Source: an uncultured virus (IMG/VR IMGVR_UViG_3300043006_000086)
Taxonomy: Duplodnaviria > Heunggongvirae > Uroviricota > Caudoviricetes
Strand: one strand, 5' to 3'
IMG/VR virus record: IMGVR_UViG_3300043006_000086
Location: 1 to 64,000 of that record
DNA length: 64,000 nucleotides
Each line of letters opens with the position of its first letter. Position 1 is the first letter of the stretch. Below the pieces are notes generated by a model that was not told the DNA's origin, ran no database searches, and was given only the letters and a program-made list of their open reading frames with translations. Both the position numbers and the translations under genes were made by a program. This document shows, one piece after another, positions 24,106 to 34,482 of this stretch.

Positions 24106-24494
24106 TATTCATTCTCCTTTTTCTCATTCAATGTCCAACATTTTTTATTAAATAGACTACAATTTAAATTACATTGACCTCCATAGCCTTCACAAGGATG
24201 AAGCTCTTCCAAAAGAAAATCAAGACAGTGATTGTGCGCGGTCTTGATATCCCACATCATGCTGTCCCAGCCCCATTCCTCGAAAACTCGTCGCGCAATA
24301 TATTCATCTCTCATTTTAATATATTCTTCTGTTGAAACTTTGATTTTATTATCATCATCTTTGTTTTCTTTTTCTTTTTCTTTTCCAAATAAATTTCTAA
24401 AAAATGGATTTGCGATATTTTTTTCTTTAGCTATTTTTGTAAAATCGCTACTATATTTTACTCTTGCGGCCCCACTTCCACTTAATACTACCAT
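24105..24494 (-). CDS. Hypothetical protein with Cys-rich C-terminus
   Basis: ORF track; GGAGGAG SD. Confidence 0.7.
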   Translation of the reverse strand: MVVLSGSGAARVKYSSDFTKIAKEKNIANPFFRNLFGKEKEKENKDDDNKIKVSTEEYIKMRDEYIARRVFEEWGWDSMMWDIKTAHNHCLDFLLEELHPCEGYGGQCNLNCSLFNKKCWTLNEKKENE

Positions 24495-24724
24495 TTTATA
24501 TCTCCTCCACTATCATCATCATTATCCCATCCTTCTGGAAGAATAACATTTAAAATCGCTTCTAATATATTTACTATTGCGAAAAAAGGACCTCCAATAA
24601 TAAAAATTAAAAATACTATAATTTGATCTTTAAAAGATAATTTTGCCATTACTGGGGCATACTCTAATAGTATTATACTTGAAATAATGAGCCATAAAAT
24701 TTCTATGAAAATAAATCCCTTCAA
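24488..24724 (-). CDS. Two-helix membrane protein
   Basis: Likely TTG start at 24724 after AAGGGAG SD. Confidence 0.65.
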   Translation of the reverse strand: MKGFIFIEILWLIISSIILLEYAPVMAKLSFKDQIIVFLIFIIGGPFFAIVNILEAILNVILPEGWDNDDDSGGDIKW

Positions 24725-24755
24725 ACTGTAAGCTCCCTTCCTATTTCTTACTTTT

Positions 24756-24818
24756 ATTATAACAAAAATTTTAGGTTTTGTCAAAAAATTTGACTTTGCC
24801 CAAAAATTCTGGTATACT
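24756..24818. promoter_or_regulatory. Back-to-back divergent sigmaA promoters at the strand switch
   Basis: Minus TTGACA(24784)-N17-TATAAT; plus TTGACT(24790)-N17-TATACT. Confidence 0.75.
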
Positions 24819-24845
24819 AATATTAGAGAGTGGAGGTGACCTAAC

Positions 24846-25904
24846 ATAATAAAGTTAGATTATACATTAGAAACTCCTGTAGAACGAAACGAGTTGGTAA
24901 AACAAATTCTGGAAGAAAATCCAGAACCAAATGATAAATATTTAGAAATTCTTGCCGACTACTTAGTTCTTTGTATGGAGAAACAAGAAAAGAAAGAACG
25001 TAAAATTATTACGGAAAATCGAATGACTACAGTTAATAAGAGAGAAACATCATTCGAGGGGCTTGTTTCCCAGCTTGAAAATGGCGAAGATGGTATTTAT
25101 AATTTAATAAATGAAAGTAAAACAACAATTTTTCAACCAAAAGTAAAGATAACCAAAAAAGATTTAGAAGAAATCCAACCCTTAAGACAATTAAAAGAAG
25201 CCATAGATATTTGGGAAGCAAAACTAAAAAGAGCAGAGGGCAAGGATGCTTTTATTATAAAGAAAGCTTTAATTGAGATGCGCAAAGATCAATATATTAT
25301 TAAAAATGCGTATCGTAAACCAATAGTAATGACAAAATTTGTCCGCTCAAAAATGCCGACAAAATTAGAAGAATCATTTTCTTTTGATGCCGATGGATAT
25401 ATTATTCCAGAAGGCGTTTCACTATGTGATCCAAAAGTCTGTTCTGCTATTTTATGTAATTATTCAAGACTAAAAGAAGATTCTTGGGGCCACCATGATA
25501 GTGATTTATGGTATCTCATGGATGATTTTGATTCAATTTCTGGACGAGCCCTTGAAGAATATCCAATGTATAGAAAAATCGTTGAGTGTAAGATTGATGG
25601 ATTACAAAATGTTGAAATCCAAAAGGAACTCAAAGATGAATTTGGCATTACGCATAGTCTAGAATATATTTCATCTCTTTGGCGAAAGAAAATTCCAAAT
25701 TTAATAGCATCTCAAGCTGAAGATGAAACCCTTGATTGGTATTTCTTAACACAAGAAAAAGGCAAATATAAAAGATGCAGTAGATGCGGCGAGATTAAGT
25801 TGGCGCATAATAAATATTTTAGTAAGAATAAAACAAGTAAAGATGGTTTTTATTCTATTTGTAAATGCTGTAGAAATTCAAAAACAAAGGCCAAGAAAGC
25901 TTAA
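24846..25904 (+). CDS. Putative transcription regulator (sigma-region-4-like HTH plus C-terminal Zn finger), probable ATA start
   Basis: YRKIVECKIDGLQNVEIQKEL...ISSLWRKKI; CSRC...CKCC; GGAGGTG SD precedes in-frame ATA. Confidence 0.6.
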   Translation: MIKLDYTLETPVERNELVKQILEENPEPNDKYLEILADYLVLCMEKQEKKERKIITENRMTTVNKRETSFEGLVSQLENGEDGIYNLINESKTTIFQPKVKITKKDLEEIQPLRQLKEAIDIWEAKLKRAEGKDAFIIKKALIEMRKDQYIIKNAYRKPIVMTKFVRSKMPTKLEESFSFDADGYIIPEGVSLCDPKVCSAILCNYSRLKEDSWGHHDSDLWYLMDDFDSISGRALEEYPMYRKIVECKIDGLQNVEIQKELKDEFGITHSLEYISSLWRKKIPNLIASQAEDETLDWYFLTQEKGKYKRCSRCGEIKLAHNKYFSKNKTSKDGFYSICKCCRNSKTKAKKA

Positions 25905-25947
25905 TTTGCTCCTGGTATTTTCATAATTTTAAAAGGAGGAAATTAGT

Positions 25948-27141
25948 ATGGCAGAAAATTCAGTTTTCTATTGTGATAAATGTAAGAAAACTATGCGGGC
26001 TGATGAATTCTATGGCTCGAACAATTTAATAAAATATCCAAATGGAAAATTAAATCAATGTAAAAAATGTATTACCATGCATGTGGATAATTGGAATCCA
26101 GAATCATTTTTGTGGATTTTACAAGAATGCGATGTTCCTTATATTCCAGATGAATGGGATAAATTGTTAGCTTCGTATGCGCGCGACCCCAGTAAGGTTA
26201 CTGGTATGACAATTTTAGGTAGATATTTATCTAAAATGAAATTAAAACAATTTAAAGATTATCGTTGGGAGCATACTGAGTTTTTACAAGAATTAGCTAA
26301 TCATAAAATTGAAGAAGCTATGAAACGACAAGGGTATGATGCGGCTGAAATCGCGCAAGTTATTTCAGAAAAACAGCTTTCAGTTCCAGAAGGTGGATAT
26401 GCTGAACCTGTGTATGAAGAACCGGCAGTGCCGCAATATTATACTGCAAATGAAGATGAGGATTATTTTGATCGGTCTAATGGAGATGATTCTTTAGACT
26501 TAACCGATGAAGATAGAACTTATTTAAGACTAAAATGGGGAAAAACTTATAAACCAGAAGAGTGGGTAAAGCTGGAACAGCTTTACACTCGTATGACTGA
26601 ATCATACGATGTCCAGGGAGCTGGACATGAGGATATTCTGAAGCTTGTGTGCAAGACTTCTATTAAAGCTAATCAGCTTTTGGATATTGGCGATGTAGAT
26701 GGCGCCCAGAAGATGGTTAAAATGTATGATTCACTAATGAAGTCTGGTAAATTTACTGCGGCTCAGAATAAAGCTGAAAATGGTGAATTTGTAAATTGCA
26801 TTTCTGAATTAGTCGAAGTTTGTGAAAAAGAAGGATTTATCCCTAGATATTATGTAGATGGACCAAAAGACAGAGTTGATGAAACTTTAGCAGATTTAAA
26901 GAATTATACTCATTCTCTTATCGTAGAAGAAATGAATCTTGGTAACTTGATTGAATCTGCCGTTAAAGAAATGGCAAAAGAGGAATCTAAGGAAGAGGAT
27001 GAAGATATTGAAGATGAATTAAGCTATGATGAAATTGATGAATTAAAAGATCAAGATTTTGAAGATTATAATCAATTCCTTGAAGATGAAGAGATTAGTG
27101 ATGAAACTATCAATGAATTTCTGAAAGGTGGAGACGTATAA
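25948..27141 (+). CDS. Zn-finger protein upstream of TerL (possible terminase small subunit)
   Basis: CDKC...CKKC; gene position; acidic tail. Confidence 0.55.
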   Translation: MAENSVFYCDKCKKTMRADEFYGSNNLIKYPNGKLNQCKKCITMHVDNWNPESFLWILQECDVPYIPDEWDKLLASYARDPSKVTGMTILGRYLSKMKLKQFKDYRWEHTEFLQELANHKIEEAMKRQGYDAAEIAQVISEKQLSVPEGGYAEPVYEEPAVPQYYTANEDEDYFDRSNGDDSLDLTDEDRTYLRLKWGKTYKPEEWVKLEQLYTRMTESYDVQGAGHEDILKLVCKTSIKANQLLDIGDVDGAQKMVKMYDSLMKSGKFTAAQNKAENGEFVNCISELVEVCEKEGFIPRYYVDGPKDRVDETLADLKNYTHSLIVEEMNLGNLIESAVKEMAKEESKEEDEDIEDELSYDEIDELKDQDFEDYNQFLEDEEISDETINEFLKGGDV

Positions 27142-28874
27142 TGGCATTACAGGATTTAATAGACCTATCAGGTAATCAAAAAAAGATTGGTCTTTCCGAA
27201 GAACGTGTGCGAGCCATTGTCCCAATCGCTAGAAAGTATATCTCCTTCTGGAGAGAATATCCAGACTTATTCATTGATTTTTTATTAGAGAAAGGCGGAA
27301 ATCCACAGGATTTCCATTTCTTCTTTTATCAGAGAGTATTTTTGCGCGCGGCGATGCGGCATCAATATGTTTATGCAGTATTCCCTCGAGCTTATAGTAA
27401 ATCATTCTTATCTATCATGGTTTTAATGTGTAGATGTATTCTTTATCCAAAATGTAAATTATTTGTTACTTCTGGTGGTAAGGAACAGGCTGCGGGCATT
27501 GTAAAAGAAAAAGTTCAAGAAATTTGCACTTTAATACCGGCCTTTAAACGAGAAATTAATTGGGGCCGTGGTGTAACCCTTGAAGGTAAAGATTATTGTA
27601 AGTATGTATTTAATAATGGATCTTACTTTGATAATATTGCGGCTAGAGAAAGTTCTCGTGGTAAGCGTCGACATGGCGGTCTAATAGAGGAGTGTGTAGG
27701 TGTAGATGGAAAGATTCTTTCTGAAGTTATTATTCCTACCATGAATATTTCTCGTATGTGTATGGATGGTTCTACGCATCCAGAAGAGCAATTAAATAAA
27801 TCTCAAATTTATATTACGACTGCGGGATGGAAAAATACATTCCCTTATGATAAATTAATTCAGCTTCTGGTATGGCAAATTGTTAAACCAGAGAAATCTA
27901 TGGTTTTAGGCGGAACTTATCGTATTCCAGTTTTAGTAAAACTTCTTGATAAGAATTTTATTCGAGATCTAAAAATGGATGGAACTTTCAATGAATCTTC
28001 ATTTGATCGAGAATATGAAAGTATTTGGTCGGGAACTGTAGAAGATGCTTTCTTTAATGCTGAAACATTTGATAGAAATAGAATCCTTAAACAGCCAGAA
28101 AAAGAAGCATCTGGTCGAATTGGTAAATCAAGTTTTTATGTTATTTCACTTGACGTTGGCCGTAAGGGCTGCGATTCTGTTGCATGTATTTTTAAGGTAA
28201 CACCGCAACCGCAAGGAGTTTCAACTAAACAATTAGTTAATATTTATACAATGTCTGATGAGCATTTTGAAGACCAGGCTATAAAAGTTAAAAAATTATT
28301 CTATAAATATAAAGCAAGACGTCTTGTTATAGATGGTAATGGTATGGGTATTGGGCTTCTGGATTATATGGTTAAACCGCAAACTGATTCAGAAACTAAT
28401 GAATTCTATCCAGACTTTGGAGTTTATAATGACGATGAAGGATTTTATAAGAAATATAGAACTGTAGATTGCGAACAAGATGCAATTTATGTTATAAAGG
28501 CTAACGCGCCAATTAATACCGAAGCACATGCAAATGCGCAAACTCAACTTTCTTCTGGAAAGGTTAAATTCTTAATTGATGAGCGTGTTGCTAAGACAAA
28601 ATTATTGGGAACTAAAGTAGGTCAGAATATGAAACCAGAAGAAAGGGCAGAATATTTAAAACCATTTACTTTAACTTCCATATTAAAGGAAGAGATGATG
28701 AACCTTCGTGAGGAAAATGAAGGTGTTAATATTATCTTAAAACAAGCAAATAGAGGTATCAGAAAAGATAAATTTTCTGCCTTTGAGTATGGATTATATT
28801 ATATAAAACAAGAAGAAGATAATAAGAAAAAGAAGAAAAAGTTTAATGCTAAGGAATGGAGATTCTTAAATTAA
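27141..28874 (+). CDS. terL: Terminase large subunit
   Basis: FFYQR motif, PRAYSKS Walker A-like, RGKRRHGGLIEE Walker B-like, ITTAG, FDREYES.W, nuclease SLDVG / VIDGNG / KDKFSA. Confidence 0.9.
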   Translation: MALQDLIDLSGNQKKIGLSEERVRAIVPIARKYISFWREYPDLFIDFLLEKGGNPQDFHFFFYQRVFLRAAMRHQYVYAVFPRAYSKSFLSIMVLMCRCILYPKCKLFVTSGGKEQAAGIVKEKVQEICTLIPAFKREINWGRGVTLEGKDYCKYVFNNGSYFDNIAARESSRGKRRHGGLIEECVGVDGKILSEVIIPTMNISRMCMDGSTHPEEQLNKSQIYITTAGWKNTFPYDKLIQLLVWQIVKPEKSMVLGGTYRIPVLVKLLDKNFIRDLKMDGTFNESSFDREYESIWSGTVEDAFFNAETFDRNRILKQPEKEASGRIGKSSFYVISLDVGRKGCDSVACIFKVTPQPQGVSTKQLVNIYTMSDEHFEDQAIKVKKLFYKYKARRLVIDGNGMGIGLLDYMVKPQTDSETNEFYPDFGVYNDDEGFYKKYRTVDCEQDAIYVIKANAPINTEAHANAQTQLSSGKVKFLIDERVAKTKLLGTKVGQNMKPEERAEYLKPFTLTSILKEEMMNLREENEGVNIILKQANRGIRKDKFSAFEYGLYYIKQEEDNKKKKKKFNAKEWRFLN

Positions 28875-28893
28875 GCATGAGAGGAGGGGTTGT

Positions 28894-29250
28894 ATGCGCG
28901 CGTCGAGAGGTGAAATTAAAATCGAAGAAATTTTGACAGAATCTGGATTGCCATTTAAGATGGAATATATTTTTCCAGATTTGCGGAGCCCAAATGGGCG
29001 GCCCCTTCGTTTCGATTTTGTAGTCTTTGATGATGATGGAAATATTGATTTTATTATTGAATTTCAAGGTAAACAGCATTATGAACCTAGTCAAAAATTT
29101 GGTGGTAAAAGAGGTTTCTATCAACAGCAATTTAATGATAATAAGAAACGAAGATTTTGTGCGTTACATGATTTTAAATTAATTGAAATTCCATACACTG
29201 AAGAGAACCTCATTTCATACGATTACATTATGAAGAAGGCTGGATATTAA
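28894..29250 (+). CDS. Vsr/DUF559-like PD-(D/E)XK endonuclease
   Basis: SRGE..I...L, LRFDF, IIEFQGKQHY, D..K...C...LIEIPY. Confidence 0.8.
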   Translation: MRASRGEIKIEEILTESGLPFKMEYIFPDLRSPNGRPLRFDFVVFDDDGNIDFIIEFQGKQHYEPSQKFGGKRGFYQQQFNDNKKRRFCALHDFKLIEIPYTEENLISYDYIMKKAGY

Positions 29251-29264
29251 AAGGAGGTGGAATT

Positions 29265-30884
29265 TTGGAAAATAGACAGGAAGAAATTCATGCTAAAGGC
29301 TTTAATATGAATGACACTTATCGCGATCATGTTGATCCATTAGATTATGGTAAAATTAAAGTTGGAACAAAAACTCTTGATGATGCTATTTTAAATTTAG
29401 GATCTATACGAAAAGCACATAGAACTTATGGAAATAAGCAAGTTGTTCTTAGAGCTTTAGGTGAACGAAATCTACCTTTATTAAGAGAAATTTCAAATTA
29501 CTTTTATTCTACTAATGGTATTTACTCCAGAATGTGTAATTATACCGCTTTTCTTTATAGATATGATTGGTATATTGTTCCAGAAATTCTTGATGATACA
29601 GTAAAAGAAGAAAAGGTTTTAAAAGAATTTAATAACCTTTTGAGTTTTTTAGATAATACTCATATTAAAAAGCAATGCGGTGACATTGCTTTAGAAGTTA
29701 TTAAAAATGGGGCTTATTATGGTTATATGGCTCCTTCTGAGGATGGAATTATTTTACAACAATTACCTATAAATTATTGTCGATCAAGATATTTTGTTGG
29801 AGATTCTCCCGCAGTAGAATTTAACATGAGATTTTTTGATGATAATTTTAGAGACATAAATTATCGTTTGAAAGTCTTAAAGATGTTTCCAAAAGAATTC
29901 CAAGAGGGATATTTGAAATATAAACAGGGAAAACTCCCGATTGATAACATGGGCGATCCTTTTGGAACATGGTTTTTACTAGATCCGCAATCTACGGTTA
30001 AATTTAATTTTCATAATAGTGATATTCCACTATTTGTTAATGCAATTCCAGAGATTTTAGATTTGGATGCCGCGCAAGAATTAGATCGTAGAAAGCAGAT
30101 GCAGCAATTATTAAAAGTTGTTATTCAAAAATTGCCGTTAGATAAAAATGGTGATTTAGTATTTGACGTTGATGAAGCAAGAGATATTCATAATAATGCG
30201 GTTGATATGTTGCAGCATGCTATTGGAGTAGATGTTTTAACAACATTTGCAGATATTACTGTAGAAGATATGGCTGATAGTAATACAACTACTACAACAG
30301 ATGATTTGGAGAAGATGGAACGTGCAGTTTATAATGCTTTTGGTACTTCTCAAAATCTATTTAATACAGATGGAAATTTATCTCTTGAGAAATCAATTTT
30401 AAACGATGAGTCAAATATAAGAGATTTACTTTTACAATTCCATATATTTTATGACAGAGTAGTTCAGTCAAAATGTAATAATAAAAGAAAATACAAATTT
30501 AGATTTTATATGTTAGATACGACTCAGTATAATTATACCGATCGTGCAAAAATGTATAAAGAACAAGTTCAGAATGGTTATTCTAAAATGTTACCTCAAA
30601 TTGCAATGGGACATTCACAAAGTTCTATTATTCATACTGCTTACTTTGAGAATGAGATTCTTCATTTAACTGAGATTATGATTCCGCCATTAATGAGCTC
30701 AACTTTAAATGGTGAAGATATTTTGGGTAAAAATGATGAATCAAAATCTTCAAATAATCAAAGTAATTCAGAGGGAAAATCTTCTCAAAGCAGTTCCAAT
30801 AGTGATGGCACTGCAGGACGTCCAGAAAAATCGGATGATGAGAAGAGTGAAAAGACTATTGCTAATAAAGAATCTATGAGTTAG
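29265..30884 (+). CDS. Portal protein
   Basis: Position after TerL; 539 aa; C-terminal GRP motif; TTG start with GGAGG SD. Confidence 0.75.
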   Translation: MENRQEEIHAKGFNMNDTYRDHVDPLDYGKIKVGTKTLDDAILNLGSIRKAHRTYGNKQVVLRALGERNLPLLREISNYFYSTNGIYSRMCNYTAFLYRYDWYIVPEILDDTVKEEKVLKEFNNLLSFLDNTHIKKQCGDIALEVIKNGAYYGYMAPSEDGIILQQLPINYCRSRYFVGDSPAVEFNMRFFDDNFRDINYRLKVLKMFPKEFQEGYLKYKQGKLPIDNMGDPFGTWFLLDPQSTVKFNFHNSDIPLFVNAIPEILDLDAAQELDRRKQMQQLLKVVIQKLPLDKNGDLVFDVDEARDIHNNAVDMLQHAIGVDVLTTFADITVEDMADSNTTTTTDDLEKMERAVYNAFGTSQNLFNTDGNLSLEKSILNDESNIRDLLLQFHIFYDRVVQSKCNNKRKYKFRFYMLDTTQYNYTDRAKMYKEQVQNGYSKMLPQIAMGHSQSSIIHTAYFENEILHLTEIMIPPLMSSTLNGEDILGKNDESKSSNNQSNSEGKSSQSSSNSDGTAGRPEKSDDEKSEKTIANKESMS

Positions 30885-30897
30885 GAGGATTAATATA

Positions 30898-32466
30898 ATG
30901 CATAAAAGTGTGCGTTTAGAGACTCCGTGTGAGTTTATTAACGTAGTCCCTGTTAATCCTCTAATTTCTAAATGCCAGATTAAAGTTTGTTATGTTGGAG
31001 ATGAGCCTAACCGCAATAGAAGTGTTATTACTAAAGATGTTGCGCGACAGATGGCTAACAGTCTTCCTGGTAGTCCGATTGTAGGATTCTTTAATGAGGA
31101 TACTGGAGATTTTGAAGAACATAATCGAACTTTAGATATTAAAAATGGTAAACTTGAAATTAAGGATGCTACAAGACCTTATGGTTTTGTTGATTTAAAT
31201 GCAAAGGTATGGTTTCAAAAATATTTGGATGATGATACTATTGAAAGAGAATATCTTGTAACTGAAGGATATTTGTGGACAGGTCAGTATCCAGAGTGTC
31301 AAAGAGCTGTTGATAAAGGAAATAATGAATCAATGGAACTTGACAAAAATCATTTAGATGCAAATTGGACAAACGATAGTAATGGAAAACCTCAATTTTT
31401 TATTATTAATGAAGCAATTATTTCTAAACTTTGCATTTTGGGTGAGGACTATGAACCTTGCTTTGAGGGTTCCAGTGTTACCAATGATCAAATTCAATTC
31501 TCTTTTGCAGATGACTTTAAAGAGCAGTTATTCTCAATGATAAGTGAATTGAAAGAATTATTACAGGAAAAAGGAGGAACAACGCAAGTGTTTACTACAT
31601 ATGCAGTTACAGTTGGTGATTCTCTGTGGAATGCTCTTTATAGTTATGTAGATGAAAAAATGAATGGCAGTACTATTGTTGGAGTTTATGAAGACAATAA
31701 TCAAAAATTTGCTGTTCTTAAAAATGGAGAAAAATACTCTCGTTTAGATTTTTCATTTAATGATAAAGAGGAATTTGTTCCAGCAGAAGCTGTCGCTGAT
31801 ATTACAGATTCTTTTACTCCTTCAGAAGAAGCACAGTTTGCATTAGCAGATGTTGAAGCTTTTGAAACAGAGTATAAGAAAAAGAAAGAAGAAGAGGACA
31901 AAGAAGGAAAATCTGATTCCGATAAAACTGATGATACAACAGAAGGGGAAAAAGATGATACTTCCGATGATTCTGAAGAGGATCCAAAAGAAGATCCTGA
32001 TGAAGATGAAAAAAAGAAAAAGAAAACTGGTGAAGATGGCAAAAAGGCAAAATATTCATTAGAAGAAATTCCAGAATATCTTGAGCTTCAAACCAAATTC
32101 TCTGCATTGCAGACTACAGTTAATACTTTAACCCAGGAAAAAGCTGCTTTAGAAGCTCAGCTACAACCTCTTATCGATTTCAGAAATCAAGTTGAAAAAG
32201 AGAAAAAAGAGGAAATGATTAAGAGCTTTTATATGTTATCTGAGGAAGATAAAGCTGATGTTGTTGCTAACATCGACAAATATTCTTTGGATGATATTGA
32301 AGCAAAACTTTCTATCTTATGTGTTCGTAACAAGGTAAGCTTTAACCTTGATGATGATAATGATCATAAAGATCCTACCACTTATAATTTGAATGATCAG
32401 TTCACTGATACAAATACCCCAGCTTGGATTAAAGCTGCTATGGATGTTGCGAAAACTATGAATTAA
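30898..32466 (+). CDS. Prohead protease / scaffold fusion
   Basis: N-terminal NRN..I / SMEL / LCILG...EPCFE protease-like region; acidic and coiled-coil C-terminus. Confidence 0.7.
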   Translation: MHKSVRLETPCEFINVVPVNPLISKCQIKVCYVGDEPNRNRSVITKDVARQMANSLPGSPIVGFFNEDTGDFEEHNRTLDIKNGKLEIKDATRPYGFVDLNAKVWFQKYLDDDTIEREYLVTEGYLWTGQYPECQRAVDKGNNESMELDKNHLDANWTNDSNGKPQFFIINEAIISKLCILGEDYEPCFEGSSVTNDQIQFSFADDFKEQLFSMISELKELLQEKGGTTQVFTTYAVTVGDSLWNALYSYVDEKMNGSTIVGVYEDNNQKFAVLKNGEKYSRLDFSFNDKEEFVPAEAVADITDSFTPSEEAQFALADVEAFETEYKKKKEEEDKEGKSDSDKTDDTTEGEKDDTSDDSEEDPKEDPDEDEKKKKKTGEDGKKAKYSLEEIPEYLELQTKFSALQTTVNTLTQEKAALEAQLQPLIDFRNQVEKEKKEEMIKSFYMLSEEDKADVVANIDKYSLDDIEAKLSILCVRNKVSFNLDDDNDHKDPTTYNLNDQFTDTNTPAWIKAAMDVAKTMN

Positions 32467-32488
32467 AAACTTTTAAGGAGGATATATA

Positions 32489-33271
32489 ATGCTTAGTGAT
32501 TTCTTAAAGAAACATATCACTAGTCAGGCAAAGTTTATCCAAACAAATGGATATGGATATGGCCAGGTTGAACCTAACCATCTGTCTGCGCAGAGAACCG
32601 CACAGGTTTATGCTCAGTTGCCTGCGGCTGCTGATATTGATGTACTAGAGCAAGGTCAGTTTGTAAAATATGATTATGCAAGCGGTCTTGTTAATTTTGA
32701 AGGAAAAGGCGAGTGGATGCTTGTTTACAATGAAATTAAATTGTATCGTGAGCATCAAGATGATTGCGAATTTGCAATGCTAAAAGACAATTATCAGGCT
32801 CGTATTTATAGTCCATTCGGTTATGGAGTTGACAAGGATGGTAATCATACTGTTGATGACGATTGGAGTAGACAGTCTAGATATTACAATGGAGTAGATG
32901 CTGAAGGTAGCTCAAGTATCAAAGTTGGCGAAAATGAATATGCTTATGATGATGTTACCGCTGCTCCAGATATGTACGAGATTCATTACAATGAGGATCC
33001 ATTCCACATTCTTGGACCGTACAAAGAGGCTAGAATGCCAGAAGGTACCACAATGGTTCCTCGTGTATTCAAGACCAATGTGGGCGACATTTTTACTACA
33101 AATATGATTAACGAAGAATCTGTTGAACTTGGTGATACTCTTGTTCCTGGTGAAAAAGGAATTCTTGAGAAGAAAGAGAGTATTGATGGTGAAGCAATGG
33201 TATGGCAGGTAGTTAAAGTTTATACAATGCCAGATCACCAGCCAGGCGTAAAGATTATGCGTATTGTCTAA
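32489..33271 (+). CDS. Capsid-associated (decoration-like) protein
   Basis: Between scaffold and capsid genes; GYGQVEPNHL, GDIFTTN, YTMPD.QPGVK. Confidence 0.6.
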   Translation: MLSDFLKKHITSQAKFIQTNGYGYGQVEPNHLSAQRTAQVYAQLPAAADIDVLEQGQFVKYDYASGLVNFEGKGEWMLVYNEIKLYREHQDDCEFAMLKDNYQARIYSPFGYGVDKDGNHTVDDDWSRQSRYYNGVDAEGSSSIKVGENEYAYDDVTAAPDMYEIHYNEDPFHILGPYKEARMPEGTTMVPRVFKTNVGDIFTTNMINEESVELGDTLVPGEKGILEKKESIDGEAMVWQVVKVYTMPDHQPGVKIMRIV

Positions 33272-33289
33272 TAAGGAGGGAAGAATATA

Positions 33290-34384
33290 ATGCTAGATAG
33301 AGCTAATTTAGTTGCTTTAATGAAGCAAGTTGCAAAAGCTGATCCTTCCGCTCCGGTGGCTTATAGTTTTGGAAATGAGAATCTAAGCTATGAGGCATTA
33401 AATGAAACACTTCGTAGAGAGCTGAATGAATTGGCAGGAACATACTCACTATATCGTGAGAATAAAAATTTAATTTTCTCAATTATTGAGGAAACTCTTG
33501 ATGAAGTTCTACCAAAGAAAGTAGTAGAACAGTATGATCAGTTTGCTGAGGTTCGTACATTCGCACAAGGCGATAAGATTCTGTTCCGTCGTAAACTTAC
33601 ATCTAATAATAGAGCTAAACAGTTCGTTACCAGAGTTGGACTTGCAGGTATTTATGAAGTATTCAAACTTGGTAAGAACGAAGAGGCTTTTGAAGTTCGT
33701 ACAAGTGCTATTGGTGGTGCTGCTCAGATCGGATTTGAGGAGTTCCTTGATGGTCGTGTAGACTTCGCAGAAGTTACTCGTATTATTATGGAAGGTATGG
33801 ATGAATTGATCTACAAAGAAGTTGCGGCTGCTTTGAAGGCTTCAATCAACCAGTTACCACCTGCAAATAGAGTTATTGCTAATGGTTTTGATGAAGATGC
33901 TATGGATCTTCTTTTAACTATCGCTTCTGCTTATGGTACACCTACTATTTATTGTACTTATGAGTTTGCTGTTAAGATGATTCCACAGGAAGCTTGGAGA
34001 TACACTGAAGCAATGAAGACTGAGCTTTGGAATACCGGTCGTCTTGCAACATATAAAGGACATAAAGTAGTTATCCTTGAGCAGGGATTCGAAGATGAAA
34101 CCAACAGTACAAAAGTAATCGATCCTGGTTATGCTTGGGTTATTCCTACAGGCGCTGATGGAAAGCCAGTTAAGATCGCTTTTGAAGGAAATACTATCGT
34201 AGATGAATTCAATAATCCTGGAGATCGTTCTCGTGAAATTCAGGTTTACAAGAAAGTTGGAGTAGTTTGTATGTTAGCTAATAACATCTGCGCTTATGTT
34301 GATACTTCTCTTGTAGGTCAGTTAAAGACTTGGAGTTTATCTAACAAAAATATTAAGGATTATACCGGAACGGTTAATTCCTAA
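33290..34384 (+). CDS. Major capsid protein
   Basis: 364 aa; position; codon usage suggesting high expression; followed by a strong terminator. Confidence 0.8.
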   Translation: MLDRANLVALMKQVAKADPSAPVAYSFGNENLSYEALNETLRRELNELAGTYSLYRENKNLIFSIIEETLDEVLPKKVVEQYDQFAEVRTFAQGDKILFRRKLTSNNRAKQFVTRVGLAGIYEVFKLGKNEEAFEVRTSAIGGAAQIGFEEFLDGRVDFAEVTRIIMEGMDELIYKEVAAALKASINQLPPANRVIANGFDEDAMDLLLTIASAYGTPTIYCTYEFAVKMIPQEAWRYTEAMKTELWNTGRLATYKGHKVVILEQGFEDETNSTKVIDPGYAWVIPTGADGKPVKIAFEGNTIVDEFNNPGDRSREIQVYKKVGVVCMLANNICAYVDTSLVGQLKTWSLSNKNIKDYTGTVNS

Positions 34385-34417
34385 TCATAACTCAGATTTT
34401 TAAATATAAACAGACTG

Positions 34418-34455
34418 GGGGAGAGGGAGAGCTTTCCCTCTCCCCTTATTTTTAT
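34418..34455 (+). terminator. Intrinsic terminator after capsid gene
   Basis: GGGGAGAGGGA-gagctt-TCCCTCTCCCC plus T-rich tail. Confidence 0.85.
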
Positions 34456-34482
34456 TTGTGAAAAAGGAGACTTTAGAAAACT

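Noticed and set aside
27141..28874. Intron or intein in terL
   Set aside because: The ORF is continuous and of ordinary length, with no intein motifs seen
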